A DNA stretch of 64,000 nt from Octopus vulgaris (GCA_951406725.2 OX597814.1:136400001-136464000); one strand, 5' to 3'. Shown: positions 28,940-43,092, numbered from the stretch's first letter. Numbers and translations are program-made. Notes: a model not told the origin generated them from the letters alone.

Positions 28940-29016
28940 GCTGGCAGACTTTGGCTGATGAGAAATCAGGCACCTATTTGGCACTAAATTTCGAAACCGG
29001 TACCAAGTTGACCAGC
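28940..29016 (+). ncRNA. Type-I hammerhead ribozyme with canonical core, in a ~400-bp TA-flanked element (28738-29140)
   Basis: GCTGGcagacTTTGG CTGATGA GAAAT..ATTTC GAAA CCGG TA CCAAGttgaCCAGC; predicted cleavage after A29002. Confidence 0.85.
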
Positions 29017-29172
29017 ATTTACTTGTTCTGATCCAGTAGAGGTAAGACATTATTATTGTTCACTGATATTTTTTCCTATCATGTCTGTAATAGATTTGTA
29101 ACTATTCGGTGGTACAGAAGCAGGTTTTTACTCTAGCGATATGTACATATCTAATATTGCATATATATATTT

Positions 29173-29223
<51 letters not shown>

Positions 29224-30239
29224 GATATGTATAGCAAGGCGGGCAAAATGCATTTCGTCCGCCTTTACGTACTGAGTTCAAATTTCGTCAGTGTTGACTT
29301 TGCCTTTCTTCCTTTCGGGGCGATAAGTACCAGTTGAACACTGTGGGCTTTATAACTGACTTAGCCTCCCCTCCCTCAAACCTGTTGGCTTTGTTCCAAA
29401 ATTTGAAACCAAATATATCATAAATACATGTGTGCGTATGTGTATGCATGTTACGTATACATGCATATGTGTGTTCTGTGTGTGTGTGAGACAGAGAGAG
29501 AGAGAGAGAGAATGAGAGAAAGAGAGAGAAAGAGAAAGAGATAGTGTGTGGAGCAGTTTATATAAAAAAACTAGTTCTTATTATACGAAACTATGCTCAA
29601 AGCGTCAAGTCCTTATCATCTCAGTGTCTAACTTCTGCTACGTCCCTTCGCTAGTCTTTTTAAGGACGATGTTTTGCAAGAAATTTGGGTGTCATTTCTC
29701 TACACCTCATACATCACTGCATCTCTGCACACAGTGAGCGGACAGCCCATCGAATAAGTAAATAATTCCTATCTCGACAATTGTCAAGAAATAGCAATAT
29801 TGATGTCGTGTTTAGGACGTGCGTGTTGGCAGAATCGTTAAGCACGCTGCGCAAAATGCTTAGTACATTTGGTTCGTCATTACGTTCTGCCGAGGTTGAC
29901 TTTGCCTTTCATCTTTTCGAGGTCGATAAAATAAGTACCAGTTGAGCACTGGACTCAATATCATCGACCTAACTGCTCCCTAGAACTTGCTTGCCTTGCA
30001 CCAAAAGTTGAAACCACTATTGATGTTGTGTTTATTAAATGAAACAATAAAAAGTAAATGTGCATTCGAAAGGCTGCTCCAGGATGCATAACAAATTATG
30101 ATAAACAACAGTAAGAGTAGTGAGTCTCACCACTATATAGAATGGTTATTATGACGTTGCTCTCAACATAAATCTACAGCTGCAGGTCTGAAAATTAGAA
30201 TTTTTATATTAAATGCCCAAAGTTATATTAAAAGTAAGC

Positions 30240-30416
30240 AATTTGGTCAAGAACTATATTTTTGATTTTGCCTGTTTTTTGTTCTAGATATTGCACCATT
30301 GGATCATTTATTTTGGTAAATATACCTTTACGTTCGTTTTATATATTTGAATTGAAATGTACTTGGGCATAGAAATTTTAAATTTAAAAAATGTTCCAAA
30401 CTTTTGGCCACGACTG
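30240..30416. mobile_element. Tc1-like terminal fragment
   Basis: gttccaaacttttggccacgactg|ta, i.e. a CAGTCGTGGCCAAAAGTTTGGAAC TIR with TA. Confidence 0.6.
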
Positions 30417-30546
30417 TATTATGCTTCCAAAACAATATATCTTGCACTGTGTATAACAGATAGGTCAGGTAACAAATTAATTGACAACCGACAAACAAAA
30501 CAGATGTCTCAGATTCGTAATAATAATAATAATGATGATGATGATG

Positions 30547-30591
<45 letters not shown>

Positions 30592-30732
30592 GTAATAATA
30601 ATAACCTTTTCTACTATATGCACAAAGCCTGAAATTTGGGGGAGGGGCCTTGTCAATTACATCGATCCCAGCAGTTAAATGGTACTTATTTCATCGACCC
30701 CGAAGGGATGAAAGGCAAAGTCTACATCGGCG

Positions 30733-30820
<88 letters not shown>

Positions 30821-30903
30821 TGCTTCAAATCTTGGCATAAGGCCAATAGTTTTAAGAGGTGGGAAGTAGTCGATACCATCGAACACTACTTGACAGAGGG
30901 ATG

Positions 30904-31446
30904 AATGCCCTGATGCAGTACCAGGCAGTGGCTCTCATGGCTTCTGATCTTAACTGACTGCAGTTGTTATCATGTACATTGTTTTGTCTTGGTATAAAAG
31001 ATTGGCTACAGCAAATATTCTGCTCAATACCACAGATTTGCTTGTCAGTTGTTTGACCTTAACCAGTTGAGCATGTCCCTTAGTGGCTAGCGATATGTGT
31101 ATCTCTGATTACGAGCAGAAGTATTTGGGGAGCATCATAGCCATGTGTTGAGAGGGATTCTTTGGGATTTGAATAATTCACCTTTGGAAACATGGGTGTT
31201 TCTTTCAACATCCTCAAACAACCCTTATTCAGGGACCTTTTGAGCGGGATGGGCTCAAATTCTAACTGGGCCCACCTGCAAGGTCATGTGCTGTTTATCT
31301 TGATATGAGATCACCATGTCGCGCACATATGGTTGTGATGCATGTGCCTAGTGTACCCATATCAGACGGGTAGTTATGATGGGTATACTGGGCTCGTATA
31401 TTTTACCCTAATGTCACTTTGATGGCATGCACTGTTCTCCCACTCA
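30904..31446 (+). mobile_element. AAT-associated ~555-bp non-coding element, copy 1
   Basis: aatgccctgatgcagtaccaggcagtgg..cactgttctcccactc(aat)n; near-identical to 39622-40167 and 40642-41198. Confidence 0.9.
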
Positions 31447-31466
31447 ATAATAACAATAATAATAAC

Positions 31467-31550
<84 letters not shown>

Positions 31551-31733
31551 AAGAAGAAGAATAGAGCGCCAGCCTTGACAGCGGCTGGACGTGTTCCTCA
31601 CTGCTCTGACAGTTCGGTGGCCGGAAGCCATAGAAACACTAATATGGGCCAGTTTAGCAACGGGGTAAAATAACTCTCAAAGACTGGAACATCTACAATA
31701 CCTCGTGAGTATTTGAAATTCTCTTCAAAGTGG

Positions 31734-32620
31734 GTTAAGAAATTTACAAATTTACATATCTGCAGCTTTCAAACATACATCCGATCGGCTTTAAAAACTT
31801 TAATACCCACAACTGCCTCTGTAAGCACCCCTTTTTTTTCTTCTCTCTAAAAACATCACGCTTTTCTTTTTGTGGACTTGCAAAACCCTAAAACTTTCTA
31901 TGAAAATCTGACTTTTCTTTGCTTCCTCCCAGAATACTCAAATATAAATGTAAACATATACTTTTTATTGCAAAAACACACCTGTTCTTCTAACTGGACA
32001 TACAAACATCTCTAGAGGGGTCAACTTCAACCTCCACAATATTACCTTGCACGAAATATACAAACACTTTTTATTGCAATAACACAAACGCACATGGAAA
32101 AAATAATGATGCTAAGATTCTCTCTGGTCGAACACAGCTTCTCTATTCACAAATAATACAGAACAGCCCTTCAAAATAAGTTAAGAAAATTTACAAATTT
32201 ACATATCTACAGTTTTCAATCATACATTCGACCAGCTTTAAAAACTTTGATACCCACAATTGCCTCTGTAAACATCCTTTTTTTCTTCTCTCTAAAAACA
32301 TCACGCTTTTCTTTTTGTGGACTTACAAAACCCTAAAACTTTCTATGAAAATCTGACTTTTCTTTGCTTCCTCCCTGAATATTCAAATATAAATGTAAAC
32401 ATATACTTTTTTATTGTAAAAACACACCTGTTCTTCTAACTGGACATACAAACATCTCTAGAGGGGTCAACTTCAACCTCCACAATATTACCTTACACGA
32501 AATATACAAACACTTTTTATTGCAATAACACAAACGCACATGGAAAAAAAAATGATGATGCTAAGATTCTCTCTGGTCGAACACAACTTCTCTATTCACA
32601 AACAATACAGAACAGCCCTT
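31734..32620 (+). repeat. Tandem duplication, period ~446 bp, in the presumed Dong 5' UTR
   Basis: 31734-32171 and 32180-32620 are colinear (gttaagaaa..aacagccctt) with scattered substitutions. Confidence 0.95.
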
Positions 32621-33245
32621 CCTTAATTTTTCTTAAGCCTAATAGTAGTAAACATCTGAACTTTTTTTGACCGATAGGACCCCACCTAAAAAAAAAATTT
32701 TAAATAAAAAAAAATTAAAAAATATCACTGATGGTGATGGTGATGGTGGTGATGATGATAATAATGATAGTAATAGTGCTGATAATCTATCTATCTATCT
32801 ACACACACACACACACACACACTCAAAGAGTTCAACCAACACAAAACCTCACCTCGGCTCTATTGTTAACCAAATATGAAAGTATTATTTGACAGGCAAG
32901 AACTCTGGCATTGAAGACAGTCAGCCAGTCAACCACCAAGCCAGCCAACGAGACAGACAGACACTACTGTGATGGTGATGATGATAAAAAATAACAATAA
33001 TAAGATACTGCTGTGACTACACATAAAACAATATCATTGATGATGATGTTGGTGATGGTGATGATGATAATGATGATGGTAATGGTGGTGATAATGATGA
33101 TAGTGATAATAATGGTAATGATAATAACAATAATAAGCCGACTACGGCTGCTATAATGGTACGATTATAATTGTAACGGCAATGATGGCCGTCTCCCCAC
33201 GAGCCAATCAAAGCTAAAAAATGATAACATTATCGTAGCACCAAA

Positions 33246-36200
33246 ATGTTTTTGGAAACTAAAAGGAAAACTAAATCAGTATACCAAATCGCTTGTCCTA
33301 TGGTTAATCTGGAAGCGCGTCCCCCAGGGAAGAGCCAGCCTGGGATCCAAAAGTCATCAACTGGCACAAACTCTTCTCCGAATACGGACATGGATGGTCA
33401 CTTGAACGGGAAATCCCCCAACTCGAGCCCTCCAAGTTCACCACCACAACCACCACAGAAAGAAAAATGTAAGCGGAACAAATGGACCCGAGAAGAGTAT
33501 AAAGAAGTAATATACGCTTATTACTATGCATTAGGTAGGCCATCTCAAGAGAGACACACCGAAAACTCTTACAGTATATGGAGAACACGGAATCAAGACA
33601 GTAGGCCCTATTTGGACGAGAACAAATTAGCAAATGTAAGGAGGGATATCCTTAGAAATAACAGACTCACAGACAGTGAAATAAGCGCGATCAAGCACGC
33701 AACGGAAAATGACATAAATATAAGACACAAAGGAAATGAAGAATCAGATGAACAGTATAGCCCGCCACGAGGCTTAATTGAAAGACTGCCATCTGACCAA
33801 AGTACGCAAACGCCTGAAGATACAAGAAATTCTATTGTACCTGTTAAAGATAGCCAGGAAAACGAAAAAACAACAGTAACTGAAGATCTCGCATTTGCTG
33901 AAGAACACAGAGAGTCTAAGGCAGAAATGAGGCAGAAAATCCTGAATACGCTTGAAGTTGTAAGACATACAAGTATGAATGATAGAGAACCACTTCATAA
34001 ACTCTCAAATACAAACCAAAATAAAAAACAAATCCAAATTGGCAACTATGTAACAAATGAAATAATACGAGAATTAAAACCTGATTTTACTGAGTTAAAT
34101 GAAATTATTTACGCTTCTGCTAGGGCAATTGAAACCAGCTGTATGCCCCCGAAAAAACAAAGAAAACAAAACCTGGGAAGAAATCAAACCTGGAGAAGTA
34201 AAATTGAAAAAGCGATTGAATTTATGAGAGGGGAAATATCAATATTAAATGAACTAATATGTGGAAATGATGTAAGATCCAGAACAGGAAGAAAGATGAA
34301 GAGAAAATTTGGATCCTCACCAAGAGAAGAACTGATATCAATAAAAGAAACGCTGAAACAAAAAGTCCAAGCAAAAGCCCAAAGAATACGAAGATTTGAG
34401 AAGAGAAACAAGTTTTACAAGCAAAATAAGCTGTTCACATCCAATGCCAAAAAATTCTACAGAGAAATAGGGAAGGAGAAAGTAACCGTTAAAGACCCCC
34501 TCCCATGGAAGAAGTTCAAAACTTTTGGAAAAGGATTTGGAGTGACAAGAAGACGTACAACATAAATGCAGACTGGATTTGAAGGATCCTACCAAAATTT
34601 ACAACAAGCATGGGAAGACATCACAATAGCAGGCCTAAGAAAGGCACTCACGAAGGCCCATAATTGGAAATCCCCCGGTAAAGATAGGGTGCAGAATTTC
34701 TGGCTCGCATCGCTCCCATGCGCACACGGTAAGCTAGTTCAGCTGCTCAATGGAATTATGAGACCCAAAGAAAACACCTGAATGGTTAGCAAGTGGCATT
34801 ACTTACCTACTCCCAAAGAATAACGAAACCAACCTTCCAAAAAGCTATCGGCCTATAACCTGTCTATCCACCACGTATAAAATCCTAACATCTATCCTGG
34901 CGGAGAAAACATGTGCATTCATGGAGAAGAACGATATTTTCCCCATTGAACAAAAAGGGTGCCGCCGAGGCTCTTCGGATGCAAAGATCAACTGCTAATC
35001 AATCGTATGATCCTTGAGAACTGTCACAACAAGCGCAGAAATCTCAGCACCGCATGGATTGACTATAAAAAGGCCTTCGACAGTATACCGCATCCATGGA
35101 TCTTGAGATCGCTGGACATCTTCAAAATTTCCCCTGTGATTTCAAACTTCCTGAAGCACAATATGTCGTTGTGGAATACGAATCTCCAATTATACCACTC
35201 TAATGGAGTACTTGCCTCAGAAAATATAAACATCAACTGTGGAATTTTTCAAGGTGAGTCACTTTCACCTTTAATATTCTGCATAGCCCTAATACCCCTT
35301 ACAAGTGAATTAAACAGAACAGGGTATGGGTATAAAATTGCCAATAAAAAAATAAGCCATCTATTTTATATGGATGACTTAAAACTTTATGGTAAAGACA
35401 ATAATGAACTTGAAGGCCTACTGCGAACCGTGAAAACATTCAGCGATGACATCGGGATGGAGTTTGGACTTGAGAAGTGTGCCAAGGCCACTTTCCAGAA
35501 AGGGAAAGTGAAGACCACAAATTCAGTCATGTTAGATGTTGACACAGTCATAAGAGAGCTTGAGCAAGAACAAACATACAAATATTTAGGGATAAATGAA
35601 GGCTCTGGTATTCAGCATGCAAGCATGAAAGAGAAGATCAGAAAGGAATGTTATAGGAGAGTTCGTGCAGTCCTGAAATCTGAACTAAATGCACGTAACA
35701 AGGTGTTAGCTATAAATTCCTTAGCAGTTCCAGTTGTTACTTATAGCTACAATGTGTTGAACTGGAATATGAGTGAAGTAAAGAATATAGATAGGAAAAT
35801 ACGCAAGCTGCTGAGTTGTAATAGGATGCACCACCCAAAGGCAGACGTAGATCGCCTTTACCGTCCCAGAGTCCAAGGAGGTCGAGGCCTGATCCAATTT
35901 GAACTAGCTTACAAAACAACCACAATTGGACTGGCCAAATATCTCGAAATATCGAATGACTGGATGCTAAAGCTCGTGGAAAATCACGAGAGACGAAAGA
36001 AAGCTTCATTCTATTATAAATGAAAGCAAAAAATTTGCTATTGATCTCGTGCAGGATACCCAAACTGAACAACCCGAGGGAAGTACGGCAACTATTGTTG
36101 CAAAGGTGAAAATGATGGCAACGAAAAAAGCGCACGAGCAATTGGCTGATAGGTGGGAGGAGAAACCTCTGCACGGCAAATATGTGACCCGCAGCAAACA

Positions 36201-36918
36201 AGCTGATGTTAACCAGAAGCAAACCCATCAGTGGCTACGGAGCTCAGGGCTAAAAGCAGAGAGCGAAGGTTTCATCCTGGCTGCTCAAGATCAAAGCCTA
36301 TCAACCCGGAACTACCAGGCCAATGTGATGAAAAATGGAGCAGACCCAAAATGCCGATTCTGCAACGACATGATTGAAACAGTGGACCACCTAATCTCTG
36401 GATGTAAAGTCTTAGCACCAGTGGAGTATAAATTAAGACATGACAGAGTTGGCCAATATCTCCACTGGCTAATAAGTCGGCATTACAATATCAAAACTGC
36501 CGACAAGTGGTATAATCACCACCCTGAGGCTGTAACTGAAGGAGAAAATGTAACCATTCTGTGGGACTTTCCAGTACATACAGACCGAACCATCAAGGCC
36601 AATAAACCAGATATTGTTGTGAAAGACCAAAACAATAAAGTTTGCTTATTGATCGACATGAGCATCCCCTGTGATCATAATATCTCAGCGAAAGAGTTTG
36701 ACAAGCTCAGAAAATATAAAGACCTACTCATTGAAATTGAGAAAATGTGGCATCTCAAGGCGGTTACAATACCAGTGATCGTAGGAGCACTAGGAATGAT
36801 CAAGAAGGGAACCGAAAATTATATGAGAATGATCCCTGGCTTACCATCCCTGCAAGAAGTGCAAAAGATTGTCTTAACTGGTACATCACACGTATTGAGA
36901 AGAGCATTGTCGATGTGA
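33246..36918 (+). pseudogene. Frameshifted Dong/R4 polyprotein: N-terminal domain, RT, CCHC, PD-(D/E)xK restriction-like endonuclease
   Basis: KWTREEY; WKSPGKDRVQNFW; WIDYKKAFDS; GIFQGESLSP; FYMDDLKLY; YKYLG; CRFC..ETVDHLISGC; RHD; KPDIV..IDMSIP..EFDKLRKY. Confidence 0.93.
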
Positions 36919-37084
36919 GAACTGTTGCTGCTCATGTATTTTAATTTAACTTAAAAAAAAAAAAATGAACGAACTATTGAGTTTGGTTTAATGGCCTACC
37001 AATGTATACTACGAGTTTCTTTGCCCTAGGAGTCGGGAAGACACTCGGCAAGAAATGGAAGCAAATTTGAAAGAAGAAAAAAAA

Positions 37085-37120
<36 letters not shown>

Positions 37121-37175
37121 GGAGGCAAATTTGAAAGAAGAAGAAAAGCCCATAAATAATAATAATAATAATAAT

Positions 37176-38830
37176 AGCTATCTTCTAGGGGAACAGTGTC
37201 TCCCCACTGATCTTCGTGCTGGGAATGATCTCCTACTATACAAAACAAAGTTGGGGTACGATCTGAGAAGAGGTAAGGGAAAACTGAAGTACTTGCTATT
37301 CATGGACAACCTGAAGTTATTGACAAAACTGAGGCAGAACTAGACAACCTAGTCCAGTCTGTGCAGATTTTTTCTAATGATATTAAGATGGAGTTTGATC
37401 TCTCAAGATGTGCTACGATGCTAATGAGACGAGGTAAACTTTTCAGAGCAGAAGGCATATGGTTGCTAAGTGGTGAAATGATGAAGGGAATTCAACCTCA
37501 ATCCAGATATAAATACCTGGGAATGCTTGAGATAGATAGACTCAAACACAATGACATGAAAGAAAAGACAATAAGAGAGTACCTGTGGCGAGTGAGAAAA
37601 ATACTGATTTCAAAGCTAAATGCCAGAAACATAATTTCAGCATTAAACTCGCGCTCAGTCGCAGTTGTTCGGTATGGCGCTGGAATCATGAAGCGGACAG
37701 ACAGAGGAAGAACTAAAGGAGATGGACAGGAAGTCAAGAAAGCTTCTAATGATACATGGTGCCCATCATCTACGTGAGGACACTGATCGCCTATACATGA
37801 AGAGAGCAAATGGAAGAAGACTGATAAGTATGGAAGACTACGTGCGTATCGAGCTCGAGAGCTTAATGAGATATCTAGCCCAAAGTAAGGAAACCTTGCT
37901 AGTGACAGTTAGGAACGAGAGAGTATTGAACACCGATAAAAATGGAAAAGCAAAGAAAGAAGTGCAAAAAGGATATGAAGAAGTATTATGCAAGAAGGGA
38001 CTACACAATCAATTCCATGCAGTCACAACAGAAGTTGCTGGAAAAAATAGGTGGGATTGGCTGATGAAAGGAACACTAAAAAAAAAAGACCGAGAGCACT
38101 ATTCTAGCAGCACAAGACCAAGCTTTGGCCACGAACTGGGGGATCAGCCTTAGGAATGAACAAATGTCTCCACTGCGCCACATCTGCAACAGAGTAGATG
38201 AAACCACTGCCCAAATCGCAAACGAATACCTAGGCTTGCCTAAAGTCACTACACGTTGTCGCGACACGATCAGGTAACGAAAGTGCTACATTGGAAACTG
38301 TGAAAAGTGGGGGCTAGAGTGAGGTAAGACGTGATATGAAAACAAACATCAGAGAACAGCGGAGTCGGAGACTAGCAAAATCCTCTGGGATTTCCCAATT
38401 CAAACTGATAAGGTACTAAAGCATAACAAACCGGACCCAGTGGTGGTAGACAAAATTCACCACATATGCTATATAGTTGATGTTGCATGCCCCTTTGACC
38501 TACGAATAGTCAAGAAGAAGGCGGTAAGATAAATAAATACAACCCACTTAAGTAAGAAATAGCCGAGTTGTGGAAAATGAAGACGGTGAAAATTATTGTT
38601 GGGTCCTTGGGAACAGTATCAGAAGGTATCAAGGGGGATATAAAGGAAATTGGAATAGAGTGCCCAGTAGAAATATTACAAAATGTTTGCCTCTTTGGAA
38701 CAGCCAGAATAATCAGGAAGGTATAAGATAGGTGGAAAGAATGAATAGCATGGTACCGTAGGCTGCAGGTAGCAAGCGCGCTACGCATGTAAGACTCCAG
38801 GAGCTCCAACAAAACCTGTGATAAAGAGAC
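37176..38830 (+). mobile_element. Second, diverged 5'-truncated R4/Dong element
   Basis: LLFMDNLKL, FSNDIKMEFDL, YKYLGMLE, WDWLMKGTLK, WDFPIQTD..NKPD; flanked by AAT/GAT tracts. Confidence 0.88.
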
Positions 38831-38919
38831 ATAATAATAAAGAAATGATGATGATGATGATAGTGATGGTGATGGTGATGGTGATGATGATGGTGATGAT
38901 GATGATGATGATGATGATG

Positions 38920-39003
<84 letters not shown>

Positions 39004-39009
39004 TCAATA

Positions 39010-39495
39010 ATTGAAAGACAAAAGCAAGGGTAATGCAGCTAGCAATTATAGATCAATCACTTGCTTACCATTAGTGTGGAAGCTCTTAACAGGGATGCTT
39101 TCAGAAAGCATTTACGAGCCCCTTGACAACCAGAATTTACTGCCAGAAGAAAAGAAAGGTTGCAAGAAGAAGGCTGGAGGAAATCATGATATATTATATA
39201 TAGACAATGCAGTTCTAAATGAAGTAAAATCTAGAAAGGAAAATCTAACAATAACATGGATAGATTATAAGAAAGCCTATGACATGATCCCACACTCATG
39301 GGTATTTGAATGTTTGAGTATATTAAATATAGCAGACAACATAAGAGAGTTAATTAACTTTAGCATGAAGAAATGGAAAGTAGATCTCTACTCAGGTGAC
39401 ACATTCTTAGGGAATGTTTAATATCAAGAGAGAAACTTTCCAAGGAGGCTAGTTATCTCCGTTAATATTTGTCTTATGTTTGATACACCTCAGTT
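39010..39495 (+). mobile_element. R4/Dong RT fragment between (AAT)n tracts
   Basis: NYRSITCLPLVWKLLT..WIDYKKAYDMIPHSW. Confidence 0.88.
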
Positions 39496-39503
39496 CAATA
39501 ATG

Positions 39504-39603
<100 letters not shown>

Positions 39604-39621
39604 TAATAATAATAATAATAG

Positions 39622-40167
39622 CAGTACCAGGCAGTGGATCTCATGGCTTCTGATCTTAACTGATTGGAAGTGTTATCATGTACATTGTTTTGTCTTGGTA
39701 TAAAAGATGGGCTACAGCAAACATTCTGCTCAATACCACAGATTTGCTTGTCAGTTGTTTGACCTTAACCAGTTGAGCATGTCCCTTAGTGGCTGACGAT
39801 ATGTGCATCTCTGATCACGAGCAGAAGTAGTGGGGGAGCATCATAGCGATGTGTTGAGAGGGATTCTTTGGGATTTGAATAATTCACCTCTGGAAACATG
39901 GGTGGTTCTTTCAACATCCTTAAACAACCCTTATTCAGAGACCTTTTGAGCGGGATGGGCTACTCAACCTGAGGAAAATTCTAACTGGGCCCCACCTGCA
40001 AGGTCATGTGCTGTTTATCTTGATATGAGATCACCATGTCGCGCACATATGGTTGTGATGCATGTGCCTGGTGTACCTTTATCAGACGGGTAGTCATGAT
40101 GGGTATATTGGGCTTCGTATATTTTACCCCCAGTGTCACTTTGATGGCATGCACTGCTCTCTCACTC
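39622..40167 (+). mobile_element. AAT-associated element, copy 2 (lacks the first ~12 nt)
   Basis: Starts gcagtaccagg, ends ctctcactc, (AAT)n on both sides. Confidence 0.9.
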
Positions 40168-40641
<474 letters not shown>

Positions 40642-40644
<3 letters not shown>

Positions 40645-41198
40645 GCCCTGATGCAGTACCAGGCAGTGGCTCTCATGGCTTCTGATCTTAACTGATTAGA
40701 AGTGTTATCATGTACATTGTTTTGTCTTGGTATAAAAGATGGGCTACAGCAAATATTCTGCTCAATACCACAGATTTGCTTGTCAGTTGTTTGACCATAA
40801 CCAGTTGAGCATGTCCCTTAGTGGCTGACGATATGTGCATCTCTGATCACGAGCAGAAGTAGTGGGTGAGCATCATAGCGATGTGTTGAGAGGGATTCTT
40901 TGGGGTTTGAATAATTCACCTCTGGAAACATGGGTGGTTCTTTCAACATCCTTAAACAACCCTTATTCAGGGACCGTTTGAGCGGGATGGGCTACTCAAC
41001 CTGAAGAAAATTCTAACTGGGCCCCACCTGCAAGGTCATGTGCTGTTTATCTTGATATGAGATCACCATGTCGCGCACATATGGTTGTGATGCATGTGCC
41101 TGGTGTACCTTTATCAGACGGGTAGTCATGATGGGTATATTGGGCTTCGTATATTTTACCCCAGTGTCACTTTGATGGCATGAAGTGCTCTCTCACTC
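40642..41198 (+). mobile_element. AAT-associated element, copy 3 (full length)
   Basis: aatgccctgatgcag..ctctcactc with (AAT)n on both sides. Confidence 0.9.
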
Positions 41199-41211
41199 AA
41201 TAATAATAATA

Positions 41212-41288
<77 letters not shown>

Positions 41289-41306
41289 AATAATAATTAT
41301 AATAAT

Positions 41307-42025
<719 letters not shown>

Positions 42026-42249
42026 CATTAGCACGCCGGGTGAAATGCTTAGCGGTATTTCGTCTGCCGTTACGTTCTGAGTTCAAATTCCGCCGAGGTC
42101 GACTTTGCCTGTCATCCTTTCGGGGTCGATAAATTAAGTACCAGTTACGCACTGGGGTCGATGTAATTGACTTAATCCCTTTGTCTGTCCTTGTTTGTCT
42201 CCTATATGTTTAGCCCCTTTTGCGCAATACAGAAATAAGTAATAATCTC

Positions 42250-42742
42250 ATCTCATCCCATACCATTTTCTTCCCCCACTTATTCCTAAGAGAGTCCTCA
42301 AACACGGCTTCCATCGGATCATCTCAGAAGCAAACGTCTCCAAGTAAACCAGCTGAGTCTCCAGGTGAAACTAGCCAAGTTTATGGATGTTATCCAATCA
42401 TCTTGCTTGTGGTCTGTCCTTGAGTCCCCTACTGGTTGGGTTTGCCTGTACAACCTGTCCAGTGATTCCTTTTTGAGACATTCTCACTACATGTCTGTTG
42501 TATCAGAGTTGTTAGATCTCAATTCGGAGAAGCATCAGCTCTACCTGGAGAGCCTCTCTCATCTCTGAGCCACGCTCTCTATCGAGCAACGTTGCATCAA
42601 GGGCCCTTCGGAAGAACCCTGTCCCGGACGTCTGTACTCGCGACGTATTCTTTCGCTCACTACCCAAGATTCATGACTTAGGTAAGGATAGGAACGAACA
42701 CCGAATTGAAGATGATCGAATGCGGAAGCTGTCTATAGGGAC
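42250..42742 (-). mobile_element. RTE-clade LINE 3' fragment
   Basis: Manual translation IFNSVFVPILT..HESWVVSER..SRVQ..GFFRR..TLLDR..LLRIE..HVVRM. Confidence 0.8.
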
Positions 42743-42957
42743 ACAGTTCTATATTTAAGAGATGAGGAATTATGTACATTATTTACATTATTATTTACAT
42801 TTGACGGATATTTGTCCTCATCTTGATTGTTGTTAACACAACATTTCGGCTGATATATCCTCCAGCCTTCTTCAGGTGTTTTGGGAAAATTTCGAACCTG
42901 GGTTCTCATTCCTACGGTATTTTTCGTTGTTGCTGTTGTTGTTATTATCATTATTAC

Positions 42958-43015
<58 letters not shown>

Positions 43016-43092
43016 GTTCAAGTCACTGCTTGGAATAGAACTTGGAATCTTGGGGTTAGTAGCCCGCGCTCTTAACCACTAAGCCATATGCC
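42743..43092 (-). mobile_element. tRNA-headed SINE with (AAT)n linker and hammerhead-bearing tail
   Basis: Head ggcatatggcttagtggttaagagcgcgggctactaaccccaagattccaagttctattcc (A box TGGCTTAGTGG, B-box-like AGTTCTATTCC), (AAT)n, tail shared with 28547-28717. Confidence 0.8.
42835..42880 (-). ncRNA. Minimal type-I hammerhead motif in the SINE tail
   Basis: Minus strand AACAC CTGAAGA A GGCTG-gaggatatat-CAGCC GAAA TG TT GTGTT. Confidence 0.72.

Larger units (their letters stand above)
31561..37085 (+). mobile_element. Near-full-length R4/Dong-clade non-LTR retrotransposon in (AAT)n; 5' boundary inferred
   Basis: One long ORF broken by frameshifts; preceded by (AAT)n(AAG)n and followed by (TAA)n. 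Confidence 0.88.
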
